From assembly GCA_031261565.1 (NCBI GenBank), contig JAISJK010000068.1, positions 1 to 61,086 on the forward strand: 61,086 bases of DNA, written 5' to 3'. The first letter of the stretch is position 1, and every line of letters starts with the position of its first letter. Both the position numbers and the translations under genes were made by a program. Source of the DNA: Candidatus Adiutrix sp. (lineage in GTDB: Bacteria > Desulfobacterota > Desulfarculia > Adiutricales > Adiutricaceae). Shown here piece after piece: positions 17,601-25,547 of the stretch. Under the pieces are notes generated by a model. The model was not told the DNA's origin, ran no database searches, and was given only the letters and a program-made list of their open reading frames with translations.

Positions 17601-19658
17601 CTTCAAAGTTTTCAAGAGCGATTCGTGGGCCTGGGACAGGAGGGCCAGACGCCGGCGCAAAACAGTCACTTTCTCGCCAAGAGTCAGGCGGGCCCGGCTG
17701 GCCTCGGCCAATTCCTCCCGGTGGCGGTTCAGCTCAGCCGAGAGGGATTCCACCTGGGCCGCCCAGGCCGCCAGCTGGTCTGACTGCTGCTGAAGCTGTT
17801 CCTCAACCTCCCGGCGGCGTTTATCCAGCGCTTCCCGCTCCAGCCTGGTTTCGTCCAGTCTGGCTTCCAGGCTCCGGCGCTCGGCCGCGAAACCCTGGCT
17901 CTTGGCCAAATCTCCCTGGCTCTCGCGCAATTCAGAGGTCAGGCGTTTAATTTCCTGGCGCTCCTCCGCATACAGCTCGGCCAGCCGGGAGCGTTTGGCC
18001 CTGATTTCGGCCCGTTCGGCCTTCAGGGTCTCATTCTCCCCCAGAAGTTCCTGGCGGGCCAGCTCGACCTCTTTCAAAAGAGCGGTCTTGCTCTCATAGA
18101 CCTTTAAAATCCGGGCCTTGACCTGGCCCATCTCGCTCAGGCCCTGGCTGGCGCTGGTCAACTGCTCGCCCAGCCGCTCCTTTTCCAGAGCGGCGGCCCG
18201 CAATTCTTTGAGCATCCGGCTGTTTTCCGTGCGGCCCCGGGCCAGCTCCTGCTCCGCGTCCCGGCCCCGGGTCAGGGCCTCTTCCAGCTCGCCCTTAGCC
18301 GCCTTGAGGGCCAGACGCTGATCCATCACCCCGGCCAGGGAAGCGAGCCGCTTTCTGGTCAGTTGCAGCCGGGGCGTCCTCGCCCGAACCTGCCCCAGTC
18401 GGCTGGCCAGGTTTTCACCCTCGGCCCGCAGACGGATGGTGGTGGACATCCGGCTGCCGGCCAGGGCCAGCCGGTGCCGCAGGTCTTCCAGAAGGCCCTG
18501 GGCCCGGCCCAGGGCCTGGGCGGTGGCCAGGAATATTTTTTCCAGATAGACCGGGCGGCCCAGCTGCTGGGGCAGGGCGAAATAAACCCGGGCCATTTCC
18601 CGGCGGCGCTCCACCGTGGAGCGCCACAGAGCCTGAGCTCCCCGGGCGGCGTTTTCCAGACGGCTCAGGGTTTCCGTCCCGGAGGGCCCGGCCAGCCGGT
18701 TTTCGGTCTCCCCCAGAGCGGTCAGGGCCCGCCTGAGGCTGTCGGCCGTCCGGGCTGATTCATCTTTAAGGCGCCGATCCTCCCGCTCCAGGTCGGTCAA
18801 CCGGGCTGAGAGACGGCGGCTGTCGGCGGCCCAGTCCCGGTCAACCTGAGAGCCGTCCACCACCACGGTCAGGAGATCGTCAATTTCTCCGGTCAGGGCT
18901 TCCAGGGCGTTGGTCCAGCCGCTCTCGCCGGTCAAAAAAGTCTGAGCTGAGCCCACCTCGGCTTTTAAGTCCATGGCCGCCCGGGTCAGCGAGCGCCGGC
19001 CCAGATCAGACTGGCCGCGCCTCTCCGATTCCCCGCCGCCGCCCTGCGCCGCTTTCAGAAGGTTATTGACCACCTCCTGCAGCCGCTGAGCCCGCTGCCG
19101 AAGATATTTGGCCTCTTTGGGCCAGAGGGCGGCCTCGCCTTTCATCCGGGGCCAGAGGCGGGCGGCCCGCACCAGGTCGGTTCGGCTCTCGGCCAGGGCC
19201 ACCAGGCGATTATCCAGCGAGCGGACAGCCGCCTCAAAACCAGGGCGTTGCACCGGCCACTTGCTGTCCAGCTCCTCAATCTCCCGGGACAGGCGGCCAG
19301 CCTCATCATCAATGGCCACCAGGGCCGGCCGGATAGATTCCGGCCCCCGGGGAAAGCCGGCCGGAGCCCGATGGCCCCGGACAGGGAAAGAGGCCTCCTC
19401 GCCTTCCAGAGCCAGGGCGTAAAAATCATTGAGCGAGGAAGAGCCCAATTCCCGGGCCAGCTCCGGGGAGAGGGGTAAAACCGGGCCAGGCTCCTCCGGC
19501 CGGAAGCCGTCGGGCGGGGTAAAATTATTGAGAATGCGGCCGGTCTCTTTGGCCAGGGATAGAAAAGAGGCCAAATCAGCAGACTGACCGGCCATCTGTC
19601 CGCCAGGGGCCTCCCGGCCGGGGAATTCGCTTATGGGGGCTGATTTTGACCGAAGCAT
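14655..19658 (-). CDS. large coiled-coil protein with one hydrophobic segment and a C-terminal extracytoplasmic domain
   Basis: 1667 aa, rich in L/E/R/A heptad-like sequence for about 1250 aa, then RRSLFTLLLAGGLVMAGSYPALA. No Walker A, so not an SMC protein. Confidence 0.75.
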   Translation of the reverse strand: MLRSKSAPISEFPGREAPGGQMAGQSADLASFLSLAKETGRILNNFTPPDGFRPEEPGPVLPLSPELARELGSSSLNDFYALALEGEEASFPVRGHRAPAGFPRGPESIRPALVAIDDEAGRLSREIEELDSKWPVQRPGFEAAVRSLDNRLVALAESRTDLVRAARLWPRMKGEAALWPKEAKYLRQRAQRLQEVVNNLLKAAQGGGGESERRGQSDLGRRSLTRAAMDLKAEVGSAQTFLTGESGWTNALEALTGEIDDLLTVVVDGSQVDRDWAADSRRLSARLTDLEREDRRLKDESARTADSLRRALTALGETENRLAGPSGTETLSRLENAARGAQALWRSTVERRREMARVYFALPQQLGRPVYLEKIFLATAQALGRAQGLLEDLRHRLALAGSRMSTTIRLRAEGENLASRLGQVRARTPRLQLTRKRLASLAGVMDQRLALKAAKGELEEALTRGRDAEQELARGRTENSRMLKELRAAALEKERLGEQLTSASQGLSEMGQVKARILKVYESKTALLKEVELARQELLGENETLKAERAEIRAKRSRLAELYAEERQEIKRLTSELRESQGDLAKSQGFAAERRSLEARLDETRLEREALDKRRREVEEQLQQQSDQLAAWAAQVESLSAELNRHREELAEASRARLTLGEKVTVLRRRLALLSQAHESLLKTLKRRERGLTRAETERDALSLRLTRQNRNLLRLVAVRQELRAELGHARLKLSDLEQERDDIFQQLEAARAQLEAAGREKSGLTEANKALTVRTAEQTAEMEALQTRLTALAEEKTALASQLAALTTENSRLDSGSADLELEKTCLAARLAGLQDETSRLNFRFKELVAQNDSLTGRLAQMEGRLESDLAPFIKILSEALWRSEAQLKRARSASGRLMEQFKLEADVREANLRLQAAGHEIEYVTQAREESGQLNAAITAQSQEFQGQITRLDERRRKLRQALSVLSQRYRRRLEDSRLTEETEDSLRGLLDRQGQEIEAQKARLAELEPLVAHFFEAARVEDEAAGVSLVDPILVTYLKSESRSLQTELGQDPETAETAETAETAGLNNLKARLEELQPLVAFLARSFVQSVAELAQARQERSTLAEELAQAGSTRQVLEDSLSSREAELTEVRSQAFDLARERDQLQDSLAERGMDITALKSELAQADRDLAENDGRLEAAWAAMNYLGTKAGDTLGSLKNKLESQARQMDDLSLELKKREGAIKTLEDRQGKLALLYWTLVSQAQLSPAQRPAEIPALPDLDISLNLALEERPALGEPNQDDAGHSGGFALGKGLLESVKKVARRSLFTLLLAGGLVMAGSYPALAAQPETFAPAPAAVGETPAHLLFRLDSTYIGRPVSLETLEPEARLAGRPAMENRLAQMVTDLAAGQGLTNGEFLRLLRAARSPESTVHLADFTGPRGGLALLESHFPKMSRQLAAWPADRLSPDKLMALMKSAADFKPAEGGFWERLFYDFLAGDSPAQAVDQLLAGLEQKKSLQNMIIPEYAGRLAPFPQLENLGPERFIAFMADYLKTSWANLSGRGRHQAARRLAGDIYFAARLFKLPVTLLATLTQEEAEVDQIDFTRRGATSALHNRAADLADLTRSFTLTWQAGRPPLCDLDEALASSEKDSFIEGVYRKKMALVLAFNKALNSGKTLFDA
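16455..16490. repeat. 4 x 9-bp in-frame repeat encoding (ETA)4
   Basis: GGCGGTTTC AGCGGTTTC AGCTGTTTC AGCTGTTTC. Confidence 0.8.
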
Positions 19659-19772
19659 GATTCAGGGCGATTGCATCTCAGTTGATTTGGGTTTAAAATA
19701 ACTCGAAAATATTATATCATAAATGTCTTGATTATAGTGCCATAAATTCAAAAATATTCAGCGAGGTGAGCC

Positions 19773-20897
19773 ATGAGTTCCATTGGGCGGCCAACCTGGG
19801 CGGAAGTGGATTTGTCCGCCATCCGGCGGAATGTCGCCGCCCTGAAATCGCTTTTGCGGCCGGGCGTCCGCTTCTGCGCGGTGGTCAAGGCCAATGGCTA
19901 CGGCCATGGCGCGGCCCAGGCGGCCGGGGCCGCTTTGCGAGCCGGGGCTGATTATCTGGCAGTGGCCATTCTGGATGAGGCCCTGGCTCTCCGGTCAGCC
20001 GGCCTGACCGCCCCCATCCTCATTCTGGGCTACACCCCCCCGGCTCAGTCGCACCTGGTGGCGGAAAACAACCTGACCCAGACCATCTACAACCTGGCCC
20101 AGGCTGTAGCTCTGGGCGCGGCGGGCGCGGCCCTGGGGCGGGCGGTCAAAGTCCACCTGAAAGTGGATACCGGCATGGGCCGTCTGGGGGTCGAGCCGGG
20201 CCAGGCCGCTGATTTCGCCCGGTCGGCGGCCAGGCAGCCGGGCCTGCTCATCGAGGGCCTCTATACCCACTTCGCCCAAGCCGACAGCCGGGACAAGACC
20301 TCGGCCGCCGGACAGTTGGCCGCCTTTCAAAGCGCCCTGGCGGCCGTCGCCGCCCTGGGCCTGAACATACCCCTCCGCCATGCAGCCAACAGCGCGGCCC
20401 TTCTGGACCTGCCGGAAAGCCATCTGGATATGGTCCGGGCCGGGATCAGCCTCTACGGCCTGTGGCCCTCGGAGGAGACCAGCCGGCCGGTGGAGCTCAG
20501 CCCGGCCCTGAAATTCAAAACCACCATAGCCCTGCTCAAACGCGTGCCGGCGGGCACTCCTTTGAGTTATGGCCACACCCACCTGACCACGGCGCCCGCC
20601 GACATCGCCACCCTGCCGGTGGGCTACGCCGATGGCTGGCCCCGCAATCTCTCGGGCCGGGCGGTCACCCTGGCGGGCGGCCGGCGGGCGAAGGTGGTCG
20701 GCCGCATCTGCATGGATCAGTGCCTGATAGATGTGACCGCCATTCCCGGCCTGGCCGAAGGCGATGAGGTGCTGCTCTTCGGCGGCCCGGATTTGCCGGT
20801 GGAGGAGCCGGCCGCCCTTTTGGGCACCATCAACTACGAGCTGGTCTGCCAGGTCGGCCAGCGGGTGCCCCGGGTTTACCGGGAGGGCCAGCCATGA
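19773..20897 (+). CDS. alr: alanine racemase
   Basis: AVVKANGYGHG (PLP lysine), KVDTGMGRLG, SYG, GYADG and GRICMD. Confidence 0.96.
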   Translation: MSSIGRPTWAEVDLSAIRRNVAALKSLLRPGVRFCAVVKANGYGHGAAQAAGAALRAGADYLAVAILDEALALRSAGLTAPILILGYTPPAQSHLVAENNLTQTIYNLAQAVALGAAGAALGRAVKVHLKVDTGMGRLGVEPGQAADFARSAARQPGLLIEGLYTHFAQADSRDKTSAAGQLAAFQSALAAVAALGLNIPLRHAANSAALLDLPESHLDMVRAGISLYGLWPSEETSRPVELSPALKFKTTIALLKRVPAGTPLSYGHTHLTTAPADIATLPVGYADGWPRNLSGRAVTLAGGRRAKVVGRICMDQCLIDVTAIPGLAEGDEVLLFGGPDLPVEEPAALLGTINYELVCQVGQRVPRVYREGQP

Positions 20898-21511
20898 GCT
20901 ATTCTAGACGCTCCCGCCGGGTTATTTCCGACAGCCGCCTGCGCCGGCTGGCCCTGGCCGGTCTGGCCCTGTTGGCCAAGCGGCCCCTGACTGGTCTGCT
21001 GATGCTGGCGGCGGCGGCCGGGTTATACTGGTTTCAGGCGGATCAGAGGCCGGCCGGGCCGGGGGCCCGGGAGGCCCCAGTGCCCGAGACCTTCACCGGC
21101 CGGGTGGAGCAGGTGCACGACGGCGACACCATCACCGTGGTCACCGGGGGGGACGGCCGGAGCCTGAAAGTGCGCCTTTACGGCCTGGACGCCCCGGAAA
21201 TGTCGCAAAACCACGGCCGCGAAGCCCGGGATTTTTTGCGCAACCTGATTCAGGATCGGGAGGTGCAGGTGGAAAAACAGGCTCTGGATCAGTATGGCCG
21301 GGTGGTGGGCCTGGTCAGGGATTCCGGCCTGTCCCTCAATCTGACCATGGTGGCCAGCGGCCAGGCCTGGGTCTATGAGCAGTATTGCAAGCGGCCGATC
21401 TGCAAAGAAATGCAGTCAGCCGAAAAGGCCGCCCGGCAGAAAAAACTGGGCCTCTGGCAGGCCGCCAGGCCCCGGGAACCCTGGCTCTGGCGCCGGGAGA
21501 AGCATCGCTGA
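20894..21511 (+). CDS. membrane-anchored thermonuclease (SNase family)
   Basis: VHDGDT, VRLYGLDAPE, DQYGR and GLW motifs; N-terminal hydrophobic segment; ATGA overlap with alr. Confidence 0.9.
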   Translation: MSYSRRSRRVISDSRLRRLALAGLALLAKRPLTGLLMLAAAAGLYWFQADQRPAGPGAREAPVPETFTGRVEQVHDGDTITVVTGGDGRSLKVRLYGLDAPEMSQNHGREARDFLRNLIQDREVQVEKQALDQYGRVVGLVRDSGLSLNLTMVASGQAWVYEQYCKRPICKEMQSAEKAARQKKLGLWQAARPREPWLWRREKHR

Positions 21512-21522
21512 CCCGGTCATGA

Positions 21523-23613
21523 TCATTTGGCGGCTAGTTTGGTCACCCCGTCCCAGTCGTCAGCCGGGGGGTTCATCAGGTATTGGCGGCAACGGCCGCT
21601 CATCAGCTCGGCCGGGCCATCGCCCTGGATAAAAGCCAGGGCCTCCTCAAACAGCCCCAGAGCTTTTTGAAAATCGCGGTTAAAATACAGGCTCAATCCG
21701 GCTTCAAACAGATCCCGGCCGCGCTGCTGCTGGTCGTTCAGGCCGCCCCGGGCCCCCATGACCTCAAAAATAGTCAGGCTGACGCTGCGCCCGGGCACGG
21801 TTATCCGATCCAGGCTCCGGCATTCCACAGCCCCGGCCGCCTCCCGGGCCGTCTGTTCCCCGACGATAATGGCGGTCTGATAAATTTTATTGACGGCCAC
21901 CAGCCGGGAGGCCAGATTGACGGCGTCGCCCATGACCGTGTAGTTCAGGCGGGTCTCGGCCCCGATGTTGCCCACGACCATGGGGCCGGTGGTCAGGCCC
22001 ATCAGGGCCGAGAGGGGCATTTGGCCCTCGGCCAGCAAAAGCCCGTTTAGGCGGGCCAGAGCCGACTGTTGCTCCAGGGCGGCTAGGCAGGCGGCGGCGG
22101 CGTGGTCAGGCCGCTCCAGCAGGGGCGCGCCCCAGAAGGCCATGATGGAATCCCCGCCAAATTTATCCAGAATACCGCAGGAGGAAGAGATAATGGGCTC
22201 CATGGTCTCGAAATAGCGGTTGAGGGAGGCCACCAGAGCTTCCGGGCTGATGTGCTCAGCCAGGGTGGTGAAGCCGACCAGATCGGAAAAAAAGACGGTC
22301 ATCTCCCGCCGCTGGCCGCCCCGGGCCAGGGATTCGGGGTGGCTGACAATCTGTTCGGCCAGCTCGGGGTTGACGTAAAGGCTCAGGGCGGTCAGGCTGG
22401 TGCGGGCCGCCTGCCGGCTCTCAATCGAGCGCAGACTAAAGGCGAAGATTTGGGCCAGGCCCAGAGCTAGAGCCCCGGGCAGGATGGGCAGGTAAAGGCG
22501 GCCGGCCACAAAAGCGGCCCCGGCCAGGGCCAGGTAAACCGGCAGGATGGCGGCCGGCAGACGCAGGCCCGGGTAGGGGCCATAGCGGCGGGTCAGCACC
22601 AGGGGAAACAGGGCCAGCCCGGTCAGGGCCAGCAGGCTGAAAAAAGTCCAGGGCTGGCCCAGCATCAGGAAATCGCGCTGCTCCAGCAGACTCAGCACCG
22701 CCTGGGCGGTGATTTCCACGGTGGTGTCCCCGTCGCCGGTTTGTCCGGAAAAAGGGGTGGCCCAAGTGCCCCGGTTGAGAAAATTCAGCTCCCCGATGAG
22801 CACCAGTTTGCCCTCAAACTGCTTGAAGAAACCGGCGTTGGCCTCAAAAGCGGCCGTCCGGCGGTAAACATCCAGAAAACTGGCCACCGGCACGGCCTCC
22901 GGCCGGGGGTCAAAGTCAATAAATATATCCCCGGCCGGCTCCGGCAGATCCGGCCGCAGAGCTCTGGCCGCCAGAAAGGAGAGGCTCAGGCAGCCCACCG
23001 AGCTGGCGCAATCAGGCCAGCGGACAGGCAGGCGCCGCACATGGACATCATCATCCCGCTTTAGATTCAGAAAGCCGAAGCTCTGCGGATCCATGGACAG
23101 GAGGTAGTCGGTGGCCGGCAGGACAATCTGGCTCGGCCGCCAGGAAACGCCGCTGACCAGGGATAAATTATGTAATTTTCTGAGAGAGTCAAACCAGAGC
23201 CGGACATCTTCCGGCGGCGAAAAATCATTGCGGAAGCGGGGCAGAATCCGGGTCAGGGCCACGCCTTTGGCCCCGGCGCGGTCAAGGGCCTTGATAACCT
23301 CCAGGTAATAGTGGTGCGGGAACAGCTCGGGCACGGCCAGAGGGGCGAAAGCGAGGGTGTGGTCATCAATGGCGATGATGACCACCGGGGAATCATGCGG
23401 GTCATCAGCGCGGGGCAGCAGGCGGGCTCTGGTCTGGAGCAGCAGATCATAGGTGATGTCCATGACCTGCTCAGCCGGGCGGGAGGAGAACAGCAGGCTG
23501 ACCAAAAGACTGATGATGAAAGCGGCCAGCACAACCAGGGGCAGACGCCCCCGTTCTCTGTTTTTAAAGCGGCCCGTCAGACCCCGGGCCGGCCATCGGC
23601 GTAAATGGAGCAT
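21523..23613 (-). CDS. CHASE2-domain class III adenylate/guanylate cyclase
   Basis: VVIIAIDD (CHASE2), three TM segments, FSDLVGFT, DKFGGD, GDAVNLASR and a C-terminal TPR-like tail ending WDGV. Confidence 0.9.
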   Translation of the reverse strand: MLHLRRWPARGLTGRFKNRERGRLPLVVLAAFIISLLVSLLFSSRPAEQVMDITYDLLLQTRARLLPRADDPHDSPVVIIAIDDHTLAFAPLAVPELFPHHYYLEVIKALDRAGAKGVALTRILPRFRNDFSPPEDVRLWFDSLRKLHNLSLVSGVSWRPSQIVLPATDYLLSMDPQSFGFLNLKRDDDVHVRRLPVRWPDCASSVGCLSLSFLAARALRPDLPEPAGDIFIDFDPRPEAVPVASFLDVYRRTAAFEANAGFFKQFEGKLVLIGELNFLNRGTWATPFSGQTGDGDTTVEITAQAVLSLLEQRDFLMLGQPWTFFSLLALTGLALFPLVLTRRYGPYPGLRLPAAILPVYLALAGAAFVAGRLYLPILPGALALGLAQIFAFSLRSIESRQAARTSLTALSLYVNPELAEQIVSHPESLARGGQRREMTVFFSDLVGFTTLAEHISPEALVASLNRYFETMEPIISSSCGILDKFGGDSIMAFWGAPLLERPDHAAAACLAALEQQSALARLNGLLLAEGQMPLSALMGLTTGPMVVGNIGAETRLNYTVMGDAVNLASRLVAVNKIYQTAIIVGEQTAREAAGAVECRSLDRITVPGRSVSLTIFEVMGARGGLNDQQQRGRDLFEAGLSLYFNRDFQKALGLFEEALAFIQGDGPAELMSGRCRQYLMNPPADDWDGVTKLAAK

Positions 23614-23656
23614 GTCTTACTTCAGCGGGACTTTCCCTGACATATAATATCAATGT

Positions 23657-23850
23657 TATACGGCGCGTGGCGACTAGCCCCCGGATATTACCACAAGGGA
23701 GGGAGTATGGGCAACTCCATCGGCCGCGTGGCCGCCGCCTGGGCAGTCAGCCAGGGCGGTCGGCACCGTGTCGGCCACCGTGGCCGGCCCCAGCCGCCTG
23801 GAGAATAGCCTTATAAATCCCGCCTACAGCCCCCTAAGGGCACGCTACAA
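23657..23850 (+). ncRNA. ssrS: probable 6S RNA
   Basis: TATAAT at 23645-23650, then a rod of about 185 nt. Closing stem GTGGCG..GCCC / GGGC.CGCTAC; central bubble CCGGATATTACCACAA; inner stem GGGA..TATGGGC..CTCCA / TGGAG..GCCTTATA..TCCC. Resembles recalled E. coli 6S segments (CCCC..GAUAUU..ACCACAAG; GAGAA.GCCUUA). Confidence 0.6.
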
Positions 23851-23989
23851 AATAGCTTGACGAGTTATTGTCTGGGAGATATTTTATAATTCCAATTGCC
23901 TTGAAATTCATTCACCGGAAGAGCCGTAAAGTTCTGATCGAACGCAACCTAAAAAATATCCATAGGTCACGCAGCCAAAAGGAGAAGCT

Positions 23990-24871
23990 ATGAGACACAA
24001 ATTTTTTATTATATTTTGCGCAGTGAGCCTACTATTGCTGCAAGCCTTTCCCCTACAAAAACTTCAAGCGGAACCCGCAGCGGATACTTCCAATCCGATA
24101 TTATCAACAACTGAGACAACTATGCCACAAGCGCAGACGCAAACCCCTGCTCCCAAGGAAATGTCTGCTCCCTTGAGTGAACTTATTTCTGCTGAGGATT
24201 TAGCTGCGTATTTTGATGAATACCCAAACGCTGTAATGCTGTTGAGCGACGGCGTTTCTCAAATTGTCTTCAACGAGCCGTTTTCAACACAGCGCCTTTC
24301 GCCCTATTCCACATTCAAAATTTGTAATTCGTTAATCGCTCTGGAAGAAGGAGTCGTTAGTATTGACGACTCGCAGCGCCGATGGGATGGCACAGAGTAC
24401 AACCGGCGAGAATTAATGCAAGACCAAGATATGGCTTCCGCGATTAAATACTCAGCCGTGTGGTACTACCAGCAACTGGCAATAGAAGTTGGTGAAACCG
24501 CTATGCAAACCCGCCTTAATGCTGTCGGCTATGGTAATATGGATATTTCGGGTGGCATAGATAAGTTTTGGCTGTATTCGTCGCTCCTTATCTCCTCCCA
24601 AGAGCAATTGGATTTCATTATTCGCCTCTATCGTAATGAATTGCCGTTTTCACGGGACAATATGGAATATGTGAAATCAATCTTGCGTCAAGATGCCTAT
24701 CCAATTGAAATCTACGGCAAAACAGGGTCTTCGGGCGATGGAAACGGCTGGTTTGTCGGCTATACCTTACTAAATGAAAAGCCCTATTTTTTCGCCGTTT
24801 ATATCGAAGGAACGGACGCGAGCGGCGCTTTGGCACGCGATAAAATAGCCGAGATTCTCAGTAAATTTTGA
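23990..24871 (+). CDS. class D beta-lactamase / BlaR1-sensor-like penicillin-recognising serine enzyme
   Basis: Signal peptide; STFK, SAV, YGN, FWL and KTG motifs in class D spacing; AT-richer than its flanks. Confidence 0.85.
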   Translation: MRHKFFIIFCAVSLLLLQAFPLQKLQAEPAADTSNPILSTTETTMPQAQTQTPAPKEMSAPLSELISAEDLAAYFDEYPNAVMLLSDGVSQIVFNEPFSTQRLSPYSTFKICNSLIALEEGVVSIDDSQRRWDGTEYNRRELMQDQDMASAIKYSAVWYYQQLAIEVGETAMQTRLNAVGYGNMDISGGIDKFWLYSSLLISSQEQLDFIIRLYRNELPFSRDNMEYVKSILRQDAYPIEIYGKTGSSGDGNGWFVGYTLLNEKPYFFAVYIEGTDASGALARDKIAEILSKF

Positions 24872-25169
24872 ACAAATGAGGTAACCGTTCACCTTGGCTC
24901 AATAATGCCATATTACTGATGCGCATGCAAGTGCAAAGCGCAACGGATCGACAGCCAAAAGAAAGCTGAATCTAACCCGAGTTAAGGTACAAGTTGAGGA
25001 GTGATGGCGGTGTTTGCCCTGTATAAAAGGCGTTGATGAACTGGCGCAGGAATTGGTAGAGAAAATATTTTCTCACAGTGCAGGTGGCGTTGGCCCTCCC
25101 GATATGGTCAGACCAAACCTTGACTCTACCCCCACATTTTTGACGCACACCTCTACCGTGATCGCCTGT

Positions 25170-25199
25170 TTGCCACTCTGAAAAAATGTGTGCTATAAT
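25170..25199 (+). promoter_or_regulatory. promoter of the STAS gene
   Basis: TTGCCA, N18, with an extended -10 (TGcTATAAT). Confidence 0.55.
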
Positions 25200-25218
25200 A
25201 AAAAGGTAATATTAAGAC

Positions 25219-25539
25219 ATGGAGTGCCCAATTTTAATTATGATCATTACCCAGACCCAGGAAGGCAAGGCCTTAACCCTCCGGCTTGAGGGGCGGCTGG
25301 ATGCGCTGACGGCCCCGGAACTGCAAAAGGAGCTGATTCCGCTGTTTGAGGCCCATTCAGAGATAGTGCTGGATTTTGCCGAGCTTACCTACGTATCCTC
25401 GGCCGGCCTGCGCGTTTTGCTGATGGGGCAAAAGGCGGCCACCTCAAAAAAGGCCGTTTTTACCCTGGTGAACGTGTTGCCCCAGGTTATGGAAGTCTTT
25501 AAAATGACTGGCTTCTCCGGAATTTTAAACACCAGATGA
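25219..25539 (+). CDS. STAS-domain anti-sigma factor antagonist
   Basis: LEGRLDA and LDFAELTYVSSAGLRVLL (phospho-Ser motif), FKMTGF. The start may be ATG 25240. Confidence 0.9.
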   Translation: MECPILIMIITQTQEGKALTLRLEGRLDALTAPELQKELIPLFEAHSEIVLDFAELTYVSSAGLRVLLMGQKAATSKKAVFTLVNVLPQVMEVFKMTGFSGILNTR

Positions 25540-25547
25540 ACGGCCGG

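Noticed and set aside
14655-19658. SMC/SbcC ATPase or phage tape-measure protein
   Set aside because: No Walker or signature motifs and no phage context.
23655-23746. ZTP (pfl) riboswitch, suggested by GTTATAC...GTATGG and GCCGCCGCCTGGGCA
   Set aside because: It lacks GACUG(G/A)CG and a proper P2, and no purine or folate gene lies downstream. A 6S-type fold explains the whole 185 nt better.
23707-23808. 33-codon ORF (MGNSIGRV...) after GGAGGGAG
   Set aside because: It lies within the paired stems of the 6S-like RNA and has no recognisable protein features.
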